Of a DNA stretch of 64,000 nucleotides, positions 11,741 to 24,098 are shown piece after piece. This stretch comes from Pristiophorus japonicus (lineage: Eukaryota). A model generated the notes under the pieces. The model saw only the letters and a list, made by a program, of their open reading frames with translations, was not told where the DNA came from and did not search any database. Position numbers and translations under genes: made by a program. The number at the start of each line of letters is the position of its first letter. Position 1 is the first letter of the stretch. Location: NCBI RefSeq assembly GCF_044704955.1, contig NC_091981.1:163432001-163496000 (forward strand), read 5' to 3'.

Positions 11741-14700
11741 TAGAAACATAGAAACATAGAAAATAGGTGCAGGAGTAGGCCATTCGGCCCTTCGAGCCTG
11801 CACCGCCACTCAATGAGTTCATGGCTGAACATGCAACTTCAGTACCCCATTCCTGCTTTCTCGCCATACCCCTTGATCCCCCTAGTAGTGAGGACTACAT
11901 CTAACTCCTTTTTGAATATATTTAGTGAATTGGCCTCAACAACTTTCTGTGGTAGAGAATTCCATAGGTTCACCACTCTCTGGGTGAAGAAGTTTCTCCT
12001 CATCTCGGTCCTAAATGGCTTACCCCTTATCCTTAGACTGTGTCCCCTGGTTCTGGACTTCCCCAACATTGGGAACATTCTTCCTGCATCTAACCTGTCT
12101 AAACCCGTCAGAATTGTAAACGCTTCTATGAGATCCCCTCTCATTCTTCTGAACTCCAGTGAATACAAGCCCAGTTGATCCAGTCTTTCTTGATATGTCA
12201 GTCCCGCCATCCCGGGAATCAGTATAGTGAACCTTTGCTGCACTCCCTCAATAGCAAGAATGTCCTTCCTCAAGTTAGGAGATCAAAACTGTACACAATA
12301 CTCCAAGTGTGGCCTCACCAAGGCTCTGTACAACTGTAGTAACACCTCCCTACCCCTGTACTCAAATCCCCTCGCTATGAAGGCCAACATGCCATTTGCT
12401 TTCTTAACCGCCTGCTGTACCTGCATGCCAAGCTTCAATGACTGATTTACCATGACACCCAGGTCTCATTGCACCTCCCCTGTTCCTAATCTGTCACCAT
12501 TCAAATAATAGTCTGTCTCTCTGTTTTTACCACCAAAGTGGATAACCTCACATTTATCCACATTATACTTCATCTGCCATGCATTTGCCCACTCACCTAA
12601 CCTATCCAAGTCACTCTGCAGCCTCATAGCATCCGCCTCGCAGCTCACACTGCCACCCAACTTAGTGTCATCCGCAAATTTGGAGATAATACATTTAATC
12701 CCCTCGTCTAAATCATTAATGTACATTGTAAACAGCTGGGGCCCCAGCACAGAACCTTGCGGTACCCCACTAGTCACTGCCTGCCATTCTGAAAAGTCCC
12801 CATTTACTCCTACTCTTTGCTTCCTGTCTGCCAACCAGTTCTCAATCCACGTCAGCACACTTACCCCAATCCCATGTGCTTTAACTTTGCACATTAATCT
12901 CTTGTGTGGGACCTTGTCGAAAGCCTTCTGAAAGTCCAAATACACCACATCAACTGGTTCTCCCTTGTCCACTCTACTGGAAACATTCTCAAAAAATTCC
13001 AGAAGATTTGTCAAGCATGATTTCCCTTTCACAAATCCATGCTGACTTGGACTTATCATGTCACCTCTTTCCAAATGCGCTGCTATGATATCCTTAATAA
13101 TTGATTCCATCATTTTACCCACTACCGATGTTAGGCTGACCGGTCTATAATTCCCTGTTTTCTCTCTCCCTCCTTTTTTAAAAAGTGGGGTTCCATTGGC
13201 TACCCTCCACTCCATATGGAATGTTGGAAAATGACTGTCAATGCATCTGCTATTTCCAAGGCCACCTCCTTAAGTACTCTGGGATGCAGACCATCAGGCC
13301 CTGGGGATTTATCAGCCTTCAATCCCATCAACTTCCCCAACACAATTTCCCGACTAATAAGGATTTCCCTCAGTTCCTCCTTCTTACTAGACCCTCTGAC
13401 CCCTTTTATATCCGGAAGGTTGTTTGTGTCCTCCTTAGTGAATACCGAACCAAAGTACTTGTTCAATTGGTCTGCCATTTCTTTGTTCCCCGTTATGACT
13501 TCCCCTGATTCTGACTGCAGGGGACCTACGTTTGTCTTTACTAACCTTTTTCTCTTTACATATCTGTCGAAGCTTTTGCAGTCCGTCTTAATGTTCCCTG
13601 CAAGCTTCTTCTCGTACTCCATTTTCCCTTCCCTAATCAAACCCTTTGTCCTCCTCTGCTGAGTTTTAAATTTCTCCCAGTCCCTGGGTTCACTGCTATT
13701 TCTGGCCAATTTGTATGCCACTTCCTTGGCTTTAATACTATCCCTGATTTCCCTTGATAGCCACGGTTGAGCCACCTTCCCTTTTTTATTTTTACGCCGG
13801 ACAGGGATGTACAATTGTTGTAGTTCATCCATGCAGTCTCTAAATGTCTGCCATTGCCCATCCACAGTCAACCCCTTAAGTATCATTCGCCAATCTATCC
13901 TAGCCAATTCATGCCTCATACCTTCAAAGTTACCCTTCTTTAAGTTCTGGACCATGGTCTCTGAATTAACTGTTTCATTCTCCATCCTAATGTAGAATTC
14001 CACCATATTATGGTCACTCTTCCCCAAGAGGCCTCACACAACGAGATTGCTAATTAATCCTCTCTCATTACACAACACCCAGTCTAAGATGGCCTCCCTC
14101 CTAGTTGGTTCCTCGACATATTGGTCTAGAAAACCATCCCTTATGCACTCCAGGAAATCCTTCTCCATCGTATTGCTTCCAGTTTGGTTAGCCCAATCTA
14201 TATGCATATTGAAGTCACCCATGATAACTGCTGCACCTTTATTGCATGCACCCCTAATTTCCTGTTTGATGCCCTCCCCAACATCACTACTACTGTTTGG
14301 AGGTCTGTACACAACTCCCACTAATGTTTTTTGCCCTTTGGTGTTCTGCAGCTCTACCCATATAGATACCACATCATCCAAGCTAATATCCTTTCTAACT
14401 ATTGCATTAATCTCCTCTTTTACCAGCAATGCTACCCCACCTCCTTTTCCTTTTATTCTATCCTTCCTGAATGTTGAATACCCTTGGATGTTGAGTTCCC
14501 AGCCCTGATCATCCTGGAGCCACGTCTCTGTAATCCCAATCACATCATATCTGTTAACATCTATTTGCACAGTTAATTCATCCAACTTATTACGGATACT
14601 CCTTGCATTAAGACACAAAGCCTTCAGGCTTGTTATTTTAACACCCTTTGTCCTTTTAGAATTATGATGTCGTGTGGCCCTTTTTGTTTCTTGCCTTTGT

Positions 14701-14812
14701 TTACTCGGCCTTCCACTATTGCTTTTTACCTTTCTACCGTCTGTTTCTGACTCCATATTACTTCGCCCTGTCTCGCTGCATAGGTTCCCATCCCCCTGCC
14801 ATATTAGTTTAA
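11741..14812 (-). mobile_element. CR1 LINE, 5'-truncated at the end of ORF1; ORF2 (APE + RT) with a few disruptions
   Basis: APE CLNARS..GITETWL..GDFN..SDHN, RT GVPQGSVLGP..KFADD, (TTTCTATG)n tail at 11741-11762. Confidence 0.95.
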
Positions 14813-15119
14813 GTGATGGACATTGATTCAGCACTAACATTCAAAAGAGAATTGGATAAATACTTGAAGGGAAAAATGAATTACAGGGCGATGGGGTAAT
14901 AGCAGGGGATTGGGATTAATTGGATAGCTGAACCAAAGAGCCAGAATGGGCACGATGGGCCAAGTGGCTTCCTTCTGTTATGTATCATTCTATGATTCTA
15001 TGAATCTATGATCTAAAATTCTTAAACTGGTGATGCTGTAATGTCCCCAATCCATTGTAATAAATAGGTACTGTTTTCAAATTGGCTGTTATATTTGCTT
15101 ACTTAACAATAATAATGTC

Positions 15120-15203
15120 AAAAGTACTTAATTGGCCATGAAGTACTTTGCGATATTCTGAGGACGTGAAAGATGCTATTTAAGTTCAAGTCTCTCTTTC
15201 TTC
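15120..15203 (+). mobile_element. L2-type 3' tail (L2 or L2-dependent SINE)
   Basis: TGAAGTACTTTGCGATATTCTGAGGACGTGAAAGATGCTATTTAAGTTCAAG resembles the L2 tail at 24290-24345. Confidence 0.5.
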
Positions 15204-15924
15204 AACACTGTGATAATAACTGTAACGGCAATGCCTGTAAATATTAGTTTATCCACACGAGGGCACTGTCCTTGGTTGGAGTGGGGCATCTCACAGCATA
15301 CATACCATGTTAGATTAGTCCTCACCCATCAGCTCAAAAATATTTTGAACTGCAAATTGCTGGAAGTGTAAGCTGATAATGGCGTGGCGAGAACAAGGGG
15401 GCATTTAGGACCTTGCAGAATGGGACCAACAGTCTATCTCCTTAACCAATGAGATTTAAGGATTGAGAAAGTAATTGAGGAATGACGGAAAAGTAAATAG
15501 GGTCAATTAAAGTTCAATCAGGTACAGAAAAGGGAAATAATGAGAGGAAAAGAAAAGATTTGATTAAATGAGTGAGGAAAAAGAGTTGGAGTAGTAACTT
15601 CTCTAAACCTGCTACGACACATACAGGTAAAGGATGTACCATGCCCTATGTGTAACTGTGAACAAGGCCATTGAAAATTCACTAGGAATATATTAAAAGC
15701 CTTGAGTTGGTCATATTTTTTTATTGAAATCATTATTTGAAATCATTGGTAACACTGTAATGATAACACCTGTTAGTCTTACTTACACCAAAGGTGGCAC
15801 TATAAAAACTTATAAATAAACAATGACAAGAAAGCCTAGATGCTTACCCGCTCCGGTTAACAATGTGTAGAGAGCCACTGGTGATTCACTAGTATGTCCG
15901 TATGTTTGTCTATCCATACAGCCA

Positions 15925-16160
15925 ATCATACAAACATATGAAAACGTGAGACGGAAAAGGCTGTCCGGTCCATCTAGCTTATCCAATACAGTTATGATGT
16001 CTTATGCATCAGGTCAAAAGACTCCTCACCCAGTAGGTGTCATGCAGTCTCCTTGGAGAGGCAAAATCTCAGATCAAAAACCCAAGGCCAATTAGAAAAA
16101 ATAAATTGGAAAATTCTTCTCCGATCCTTCTAAGCGATCAAAACTAGTCCAGGAGACCAG
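15925..16160 (-). mobile_element. Old CR1-type 3' UTR fragment
   Basis: rc TGGTCTCCTGGACTAGTTTTGATCGC..TCGGAGAAGAATTTTCC followed by a CR1-like terminal stem and tail. Confidence 0.45.
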
Positions 16161-17034
16161 GACGTATAGTAATCGACAGAGTGACATCTCTCCACATCAG
16201 CTCCTCTTCGTACTTACACTAGAAAACCTGGAAGGTCCACTGTGCTGGTGGAAGAGTGGTGGAATGGACCCTAAGTATGATTGAGAGGACAGGCCCAGAC
16301 CCCATCCCAAATAATAGGGTCATTAGCATACGTGAAGCAGGCACTTTGTGCTGATAAGGGTGCATCAGCGGCACCTATCTTAATGACAGTGGGGCTGTTA
16401 GGAAAATTGGAAAGGCATGACACCACACCAAGGACTGAGGAGAAGGCTGAGGAGGACCTAACGGTACTCAAGGTATGTGACTATTCGGTGAAAGAGCGCA
16501 ACTGGAAAATCTGCTCCCACTGCAAAATGGGAGAACAGCAAACACAAGGCAGAATCCCAGCAAAGCCGCGTCCCGCTCCATTTCCCAGTCCACCTGTGGG
16601 TTGATCCACACTTGTTTTGCCTAGGGCCCAATGGGAATTTCGATTCCATCATCTCATCACATTAATTGAAAAGGTGCTTCCAATTGTAGAAAATCTTTCC
16701 CCCTTGTCCTTACTACAATTTTTTGCAGCACATACGCAGTTTTACTAAAGTTATCTTTCAAATGCCGTTCAGCTTAGATGAATCAGTGCTACCAAAGTTT
16801 ATTTTAATGGTTTGGTGGTAAATATTGTGTGGTAACATTTTCAAACAAGGATTTAAGATATATGAAAATAACTCACAGGCATCCAACATTACTTTCATAA
16901 TGCTCCAAATTATCTGTGCTTATCAACTCTGCAATATTGCTGGGCCTGAATGCCTCAAAAGTGCTTAACTGAAACTGAGAAAAATTGCCTTAATTTGGGG
17001 GATCTGGGTAAACTGTTTGAGTAAAACCTGGAGA

Positions 17035-17220
17035 ACTGGGATTTCCACGGGGAGTTTCCCAATCTACCACTCTAACTTCACCAGAAGATTGGGAGAATCC
17101 CCAAAGAAATGGCGTAAATGGCTAAAAATGGTTAAAATCAGACGTTTCCACCATTGGCTTCCACCAATCTTCCACTGAAGTTATAGGAGGTCAGGAAAAG
17201 CTCATGGAAACTCTCCCCCA
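17035..17220. mobile_element. Palindromic MITE
   Basis: TAACTTCACCAGAAGATTGG (~17073) is inverted to CCAATCTTCCACTGAAGTTA (~17164). A related half copy lies near 21438-21490. Confidence 0.55.
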
Positions 17221-17947
17221 GAACATTTAGCCATTTTTTATGACCTGTAAGAAATGAGTCACAATATTCTGAAGTTGGCATTACCATTACTCTTTATCAA
17301 AAGGTCTGTGTTTTTTTTCTTTTTGACCCTCAAACTCCTGCCATATTGAGGGTAATTCCTGTTTCCATGGCTTATTGGTTTTGTTTGTTTTCTGCTCATG
17401 CATGCAACATTGAAATTAATATTACAAACCTATTGAAACATCAAAATAGCTTTATTACTGCAATATTAACCTTAATTTACTAGAACAAACACTATGGGCT
17501 AAACTTTCCATCATTGTGCAGATCACCCAAAAATGGGCGTTATTTCCAGCGTTGCCATTTATTATGGGTTTTGAGATCATCAGATTATCGCCTGTTTCCA
17601 AAACCCCAGTTTCCATTTTATAAAATGGACGTTAGCGGGAGCGATGTGAAATGGGCGTTAGCAGTAATTTATTTTTCTTCTGCTGTAAAATGTCGGCATC
17701 CATAGCAACACCATAGCAATGGTCTTTTCCCGCATTTCAGGAGATCAGAGGTTATCAATACATGCGCAGAAGAGGAGAGAGAGAGAGCAGAGAGGAACAG
17801 AAAGCATGTGTGGGTTTCTTGTCTGGTTCTTTGTCATTTGTTAGGCTGTTGTGGGAGGTAGTAATGATTTTTGTGAGGAGTAAGAAGAAATTAGAGCACT
17901 ATTTAGTTCGGTGACACAGAAATATTGGCAACAAAAAAAATAATAAC

Positions 17948-20385
17948 ATGGAAGGTATGGAGGAGGCGAGACAGCACGATGTGGAGGGGGAGGAGGCTGG
18001 TGAGAGCAGTGAAGTTGGAGAGGAAGTGGAGTTGGGAGGATGAAGACGAGCTAGGAGATTCTCCGATGAGGCAAATGCTGCACTCCTGCAGGATGTGGAG
18101 TTACGTTGGGGTCAGTTGACCCGGGGTGGGCATGGGTAGCCCAGCCCAAAGGTTTACCAGAAATTTTGGACCGACATAGCTGAGGTGGTCTCGTCGGCGA
18201 CGCACGAGGTGCGTGAGAGCAACCAATGCCGCTAGTGCTATAACAACCTTGTCGGCTCCGGCAGTGTAAATATTACATTTATTTATATATTTATATAATT
18301 AGAATTGTAAGTGTAATGAGTGAATAAATTCAGATCTGATGTATTGCAGTTAGACCGGGAATATTTTACTCAACGCCTACGTTTATGGTGTACGTCTTTA
18401 GGTTTATAATGATAATAATAATCATCATAATAAATGTAACATCTGTCGGTTATGTGTAGTATCAGTATCTGTGACAGTACCTAGCAATGACCTTATGCAA
18501 TGATCTTATGCCATGTCGTGTTGTTGTTACCTTTTGCAGAGTGTAGGGTGTTTGTTTTTTCACTCTACTCTGATTCTTAGGCCTCGGAACTTATAGTGGG
18601 AAAGGACAACATGTGGCACAAAATTTTAGGTTTAACCCAGTGTTCGTTTTATTACACAACAAAAACCAACAAAAAACTACAGGACTAGACTGCCGAGAGA
18701 AATTGACTTTAGACATACAATCACCATTCCTGGCTGTAGCTATTGTAGGTTCGTGGTCATTGGTGTCATGATCGGTTGGTTCTTCAGTCCGTTCTCTGCA
18801 GCTTCTTGCTGTTTCTTTTCCTTCTGTGTCTGCTTGCTGTTTCTTCTTATGTACTTCTTCCTGATTCTGCTTTCTTCCTGTGTTCTCTGCTCTTCTTGCT
18901 TGTCTGTGTCCGTATATTTATATCCTGGTTTTGAATAAGTTTCCCACTGTGACAAAATTTGATTATTAGTCCGTTTAATTGTTTGGTGATGAGGTTAAAT
19001 TGTTCCTGATTTGTATACGGAGTTGACAATGCAAAAGATATTTCCATATGCTGAAATGCTGTTAGCCCAAAAATTTGCACCTTGGGCGGGGTCCTTTGTT
19101 ATTACAGACTTGATGTCTCCAAATGGCTATTTCGCCTCCCTGGTCAATCAAGTTTGGGGCTTCGTGTAACATTCCATTGTTGTTATGCATGAAGTTATGC
19201 ATGAAGTCCATTTTTTTGGTTCCTGACCACCAGTTTAATTCCAAATGTCCAGTTTAATTCCAAAGCTTGTATCAATCAATTTTTAGTTCATGGTCTGTGT
19301 TTGTTCTGAAGATTAGTAACCTTACAAGAAGAAGCTTTCGAAGAATAGGGCCAAGCAGCGGTGCTAGGGTGGCGGCCCACTAGTGATGTGCGAGCTGACT
19401 GACCTTGAGGAGCGGGTGCTGACACTAGTGGGTATCCACCACCGGTCGGTCACACATGCCGCAGTAAAACCAGATGTGATGCCACGTAAGTAAAGTATAC
19501 ACCATTGCGTGGTGTAAAGTCAATAGATGCCACACCCACTCATATCTGAACAATATATGATAGATGATTGATGAAAGTGTTATCTAATTAATGATGGGCT
19601 CATGAAAATCATTGTAATGCAGAATTTGGTTATGTTCATTAAATATGATGTCTGTGATTATTTTGAAAGTGGTATTGCAATTCTTGTGCATATGCTGTGT
19701 GTAGCGTTTGAATCACCCTGTGACCCTAGTACCCCCTTCTTCTCTATTAACCTCATTTATGTTTTGTAACTCAGCCAAGAGCGCAGTCACAGGCAACACC
19801 ACCGAGGCATGGCGCAGATCCGACGTCGACATCAGCAGGGCGGGCCCAAGCACTTTGCCGCAGGGCACCCCAAGTGTCTCCATGCAGGCGCCGACCCCAT
19901 GGAGGTTGGTTTGACGCAGCAGAACTGCTCCACGAGTGGCAGATCTAAGTGGGGACATGGTTCATTTGTCCAGGAGTGTTGACATAGGTCAGCAGATCCT
20001 CCAGACAATGGGGGGCATATCCCAACAGCTGACCACCATATCCACGACCATGACAGAGTAGGTGCCACGGATAGCAGTGGCCCTGGAGGTGATAGCCAGG
20101 AACACTGGTGCCACAGGGCTACCAGTGTTCCCGGAATGCGGCACTGTACCCCAAGGTGCCGCACCCCCATTGCCAATGACACATGCGAGCCAGGAGGAAG
20201 ATCTTGCTTCTGGCTCGGAGGAAGTTTTCTCCTCGGGACCGTCCTCTCCAGCATCCGGCCAACCAACGGATCTGCCGACATCCCCCCCAATGAAGCAGCG
20301 CCTGAGGAGCAGTGCGGCAAGGCGGCTTGGAGTCGGGAGGGGAAGGGATAGAGCTGGGGAGAAGCGGGGGGGAAAAGGAAAGTGA
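17948..20385 (+). pseudogene. Harbinger Myb/SANT-like DNA-binding protein of H1 (spliced, several stops)
   Basis: Exon 1 RRARRFSDEANAALLQDVELRW..FWTDIAEVVSS..RESNQCR*CYNNL, donor near 18265. Exon 2 KKLSKNRAKQRC*GGGP..LTDLEERVLTLVG (interrupted by solo LTR), donor GTAAGT 19486. Last exon ends GRGRDRAGEKRGGKGK*. Confidence 0.8.
18542..19326 (-). mobile_element. Solo LTR (785 bp), family unassigned
   Basis: TGTAGGGT...ACCTTACA termini, 4-bp TSD AGAG/AGAA. On minus, TATAAAT near 18915 and AATAAA near 18650. Splits Myb exon 2. Confidence 0.8.
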
Positions 20386-20676
20386 GGTGCATGGCCGCAG
20401 GAGTTGTAGTTGTGAGAGTATTGATGTTGTTGTTGTTGCTATTGAATAAATGTTGGGAGCTTTGGGGAAAGGGGAGAGGGGGGTACCTTGTATTTTTGCA
20501 CTTGTGTTCTCTGTGTTTGAAGTCTTGTTGGAAATGTTAAAATGTAATAGATGATATAAATGTTCTAAATTTGTTGTGGGGTGGGGTGGGGTGTTTTGTA
20601 CAGTTATCAGTATGATTTTATGCACATATTATCATTACATTTATTTGATTTAACATAACATTGTTGCGCATTTTCT

Positions 20677-20847
20677 CAGGTAAGACCGCTTCTCCCGATA
20701 AGTGCGTCAGGTGTAAGTTCTCGTCCTCCTCCTCAGTCTGTCACCCCTTTGACTGGGCACATAATGCTCTTCAATATACCTTCTGCCATCTTTAGTCTTC
20801 AGCATGTGCGTAGTCATCAAGACAGGCTGAGAAATTACAGGCCCCAT
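20677..20847 (-). pseudogene. N-terminal stub of HARBI1-like transposase (H1)
   Basis: MGPVISQPVLMTTHMLKTKDGRRYIEEHYVPSQRGDRLRRRTRTYT*RTYREKRSYL, then homology stops. Confidence 0.65.
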
Positions 20848-21904
20848 TACAATAACTATCAGTATTATACCGATTGTTCACAAACAATAAATTTACCTGC
20901 TAAAACAAATAAAATAAATGCAGATCGTCCACAGCATGATAAGATGTTTGTTCAGATGTTCAAATCACCTTAAAATAACTCTAGATTACATCAAAACTCC
21001 CCAGAAGTTGAAGCAGCCTTTTATATGAAAAGTCCTCTGATTTACAACATGGCGTTCATACCGCTGGGTTTAGTTCAGGTGAGAGCAACTTTTTCTCAGC
21101 GTTTGTTTCAGCGAGCGATGTTTTCGGCGATATGTGGGCGAGAAGCCGAAAGTAACGCGTGGCGATATTATGGGCGTTAGTTTCCATTTTTCTGATTTTT
21201 ATGGCAGAAAAAAATGGGCGGGCAGTATTATTAATTCTCGGCGTTAACTAAATGCCGAAAGTAACGCTGGGCGATAAGTGAGCGATAAATGGGCGTAAGT
21301 TTCCATTTTTTTCCTAAATGGGCAATATCTGGGCGTTAAACTCATCTCAGCGTTAAAATGGACGTTATGTGGGCGGTAGCGATGCAAAACTTATGGAAAG
21401 TCTAGCCCATTGTAACTAAAAGTAAAAAGACCCACTCTGGGATAGAATTTCCCCGGAGTTCTCCCAATCATTCTCTGTAACTCCAGAACTTAGGGCCTCC
21501 AACAAAATAATAGCATCTGTTTACTCATCCCCAATTTCCACTTCCTCTTTATTTTACAATTCTCTAACTGTCCTGGTGCTTTTTTAAACTTCAATTTTAC
21601 TTCTGTCAACCTAATGCAAGCTATTCTATCATTTATATTTCTTTTCCCCTAAAATGTTAAATTTAAAATCTTTACATAGAGTTATATTCAACCCAACTGG
21701 TTGGTGCTGGTGTTTATGTTCCATATGCCCTACTCCCACCCTACTTAATCTAACCCTATCAGCATATACTTGCCTGTTTCTTCCTTGTGTTCCCAACGTT
21801 GGGTGTTGAAAGCAAGTTTTGAAAATTTTCCTTGGCTGAAAACTGCCTTCAAATTCTGCTAACTGTCTTCAGGCAGAGGATTGAGGTGGAGTGATACAAC
21901 TAAT

Positions 21905-22820
21905 CGTGGCATGGGATCTTTTATATCCATCTGAGTAGGCAGATAAAAAAGGGGAGGTGCAACAAGACCTGGGTGTCATGGTACATCAGTCATTAAAAGT
22001 TGACATACAGGTACAGCAGGCGGTGAAGAAGGCAAATGGCATGTTGGCCTTCATAGCAAGAGGTTTTGAGTACAGGAGTACTACAGTTGTACAGGGCCTT
22101 AGTGAGGCCACACCTTGAATATTGTGTACAGTTTTAGTCTCCTAATCTGAGGAAGGACATTCTTGCTTGAGGGAGTGCAGTGAAGGTTCACCAGACTGAT
22201 GCCTGGGATGACAGGACTGACATATGAAGAAAGACTGGATCGACTATATTCAATGGAATTTAGAAGAATGAGAGGGGATCTCATAGAAACATATAAATTC
22301 TGACGGGATTGGACAGCTTAGATGCAGGAAGAATGTTCCCGATGTTGGGGAAGTCCAGAACCAGGGGTCACAGTCTAAGGATAAGGGGTAAGCCATTTAG
22401 GACCAAGATGAGGAGAAACTTCTTCACTCAGAGAGTTGTGAACCTGTGGAATTCTCTACCACAGAAAGTTGAGGCCAGTTCGTTAGATATATTCAAAAGG
22501 GAGTTAGATGTGGCCCTTACGGCTAAAGGGATCAAGGGGTATGGAGAGAAAGCAGGAATGGGGTACTGAAGTACATGGTCAGCCATGATCATATTGAATG
22601 ATGGTGCAGGCTCGAAAGGCCGAATGGCCTACTCCTGCATCTATTTTCTATGTTTCTATGTTTCATCTGATAGATAGGACCTCTACAGTACAGCACCTCC
22701 TCAGTATTACATTGAAGCGTCAGCTTAGATAATATGCTCAAGTCTCTGGAGTGGGACTGAAACCCACAACCAGCTGACTCCAAGATAAGGATGTCACCAC
22801 TGAGCCAGGGCTGGCACCTC
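21905..22820 (-). mobile_element. tRNA-derived Deu-domain-like SINE interrupted by a CR1 fragment
   Basis: Head rc GGCTCAGTGGTGAC..GGTTGTGGGTTTCAGTCCCACTCCAGAGACTTGAGCA at 22735-22810. Body resumes at 21905-21944. Confidence 0.6.
21945..22661 (+). mobile_element. CR1 3' fragment
   Basis: GEVQQDLGVMVH..RPHLEYCVQF..GIKGYGEKAGMGY* and (TTTCTATG)n tail. Same family as 11741 and 44501. Confidence 0.92.
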
Positions 22821-22913
22821 GGAGAACGTCACAGACGAGCTTGTCCTGTTCTCAGATCCCGACTGCTGTCCCGCCAGAGATCAGCTAACTCAGCATGCGG
22901 TATTAAAGACTCA

Positions 22914-23572
22914 GGTCCCGATATTGGTGGCCTTACCACCCACTGCTGCCCACTGCCGCCGACTGCCGCTGAGCTTTGCTGCCATTTTCTTCCCTTCGCC
23001 ATTTTCCACTTGGGCTGGAGCTGGTGGGAGCAGAGTACCGCAAGGAACGGCCCGCTGACATCCTCTGGCGGCCAAGTAGCGTAAGTGGCCTTCCGCCCGC
23101 CATGCTGCTAGATTGGTGTGGTTGGGAGTCGGCGGGAGTCGGCGCCAGCAGGGGGAAGGACCGCTGCGAGGAGGCTGTTCTAACCTCGACGGTAGTTTTG
23201 AAGAAGGGAAAAATAAATTAGTGAAAATATTTTAAAACATTTTTTTACAGCGACATATCTGGATGGGGTCCCCTGAAGGTGTTCCGGTGTTTTTTGTTTC
23301 CTGTGATTTTTATTTGCAGGTCTTCTACCCTCCCTAGGCCCGACTCCATCCTCGGCGGCACTTAGGCAGCAAAAGCTTTTGCCACCGAGATTGAGAGCTC
23401 CCGCAGGCTGCCACCCAGATTGACGGCGTAAGCCATTGTTTGGCCGCTGGGTGGTACTGCCACCTCTTTCAGAGGAATCTTCCTGGCAAAGTACCACCCG
23501 GTCTCTCGGCAGCCATCGGCGGTCCTTTGGGCAGCACTTGGGCGGGTCTTGACCTTCATCAATTCCGGCCCC
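22914..23572. mobile_element. Harbinger-type MITE (~660 bp), copy 1
   Basis: Imperfect TIRs GGTCCCGATATTGG / TCAATTCCGGCCCC, 3-bp flanks TCA/TTA. Colinear with 43844-44496. Confidence 0.8.
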
Positions 23573-23667
23573 TTAGAAAAACAGCTGTGCAGCACAGTAC
23601 AATTCAAATACTGTACAATGGAATGGTTAGGCATACGTTTGTGCCTGTGAGTTTCAACTCTAGGATC

Positions 23668-23862
23668 ACTCATCACTCACTCACTCATAGGCAGTCACTC
23701 GAAATGAGGATGACTTGCTTTTACGCCAAAAAAGGATGAGTTCACAGGTGTTTCTATGAAGGACCTGAACTACATACTGAAGAGTGGAAGATGCCTGTGC
23801 GTGGATTTATTTAACGTGTGGTGGCCGTTGCACACCAGCCACATGGGCTTGACAGAGCTAGG
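23668..23862 (-). mobile_element. Short bipartite RTE derivative (RTE 5' UTR fused to RTE 3' tail)
   Basis: rc matches RTE 5' UTR 35450-35550, then via a short linker RTE 3' end AAGCAAGTCATCCTCATTTCGAGTGACTGCCTATGA (cf. 41745-41788). Confidence 0.75.
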
Positions 23863-23866
23863 TGTT

Positions 23867-24078
23867 TGTTATGTATGGAGCAAGAGTCAGACTGAACACT
23901 GTGAGCTCAAAGTAAAGTGTGACCTTAGTCTTTTATTGCAGGTCTCCAGAGTGCCTCTCCAACCTGTGAAGTCTCCTTTAATACCTGTGCTCACAAGGGA
24001 TTATGGGATCCCTTGGGACTCCAGGGGATGAGCTCTCTGGTGGCTGTACAGAGTAAATAAAAGTTTACATATATAACA
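23867..24078 (-). mobile_element. Orphan 3' LTR of the A/G Gypsy group with PPT; internal region lost
   Basis: TGTTA...TAACA, homologous to LTRs at 10652 and 51173. PPT (rc of ACATTCCCCC) at 24079. Confidence 0.88.
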
Positions 24079-24098
24079 ACATTCCCCCCACCCCCCCC

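Larger units (their letters stand above)
920..15012 (+). mobile_element. Old 5'-truncated CR1 LINE split by nested insertions (own segments about 920-1661, 10863-11362, 11615-11740, 14813-15012)
   Basis: Degenerate RT (YRPVRLTSVIGKLLE, VVYMDFQKAF). KCKVIHFG is reconstituted across the Gypsy A insertion. Ends in an (ATTCTATG)n tail near 14987-15012. Confidence 0.85.
17496..21408. mobile_element. PIF/Harbinger DNA transposon H1, non-autonomous (Myb gene retained, transposase deleted)
   Basis: TIRs GGGCTAAACTTTCCAT / ATGGAAAGTCTAGCCC. Subterminal TGGGCGTTA arrays. Convergent Myb (+) and transposase stub (-). TSD not clean. Confidence 0.88.

Noticed and set aside
16281-16604. 107-aa ORF with CSHC
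   Set aside because: Non-ATG start, no recognisable domain and no supporting splice structure.
18740-18955. Charged or hydrophobic small ORFs in the solo LTR
   Set aside because: Translation of a low-complexity purine-rich LTR tract.
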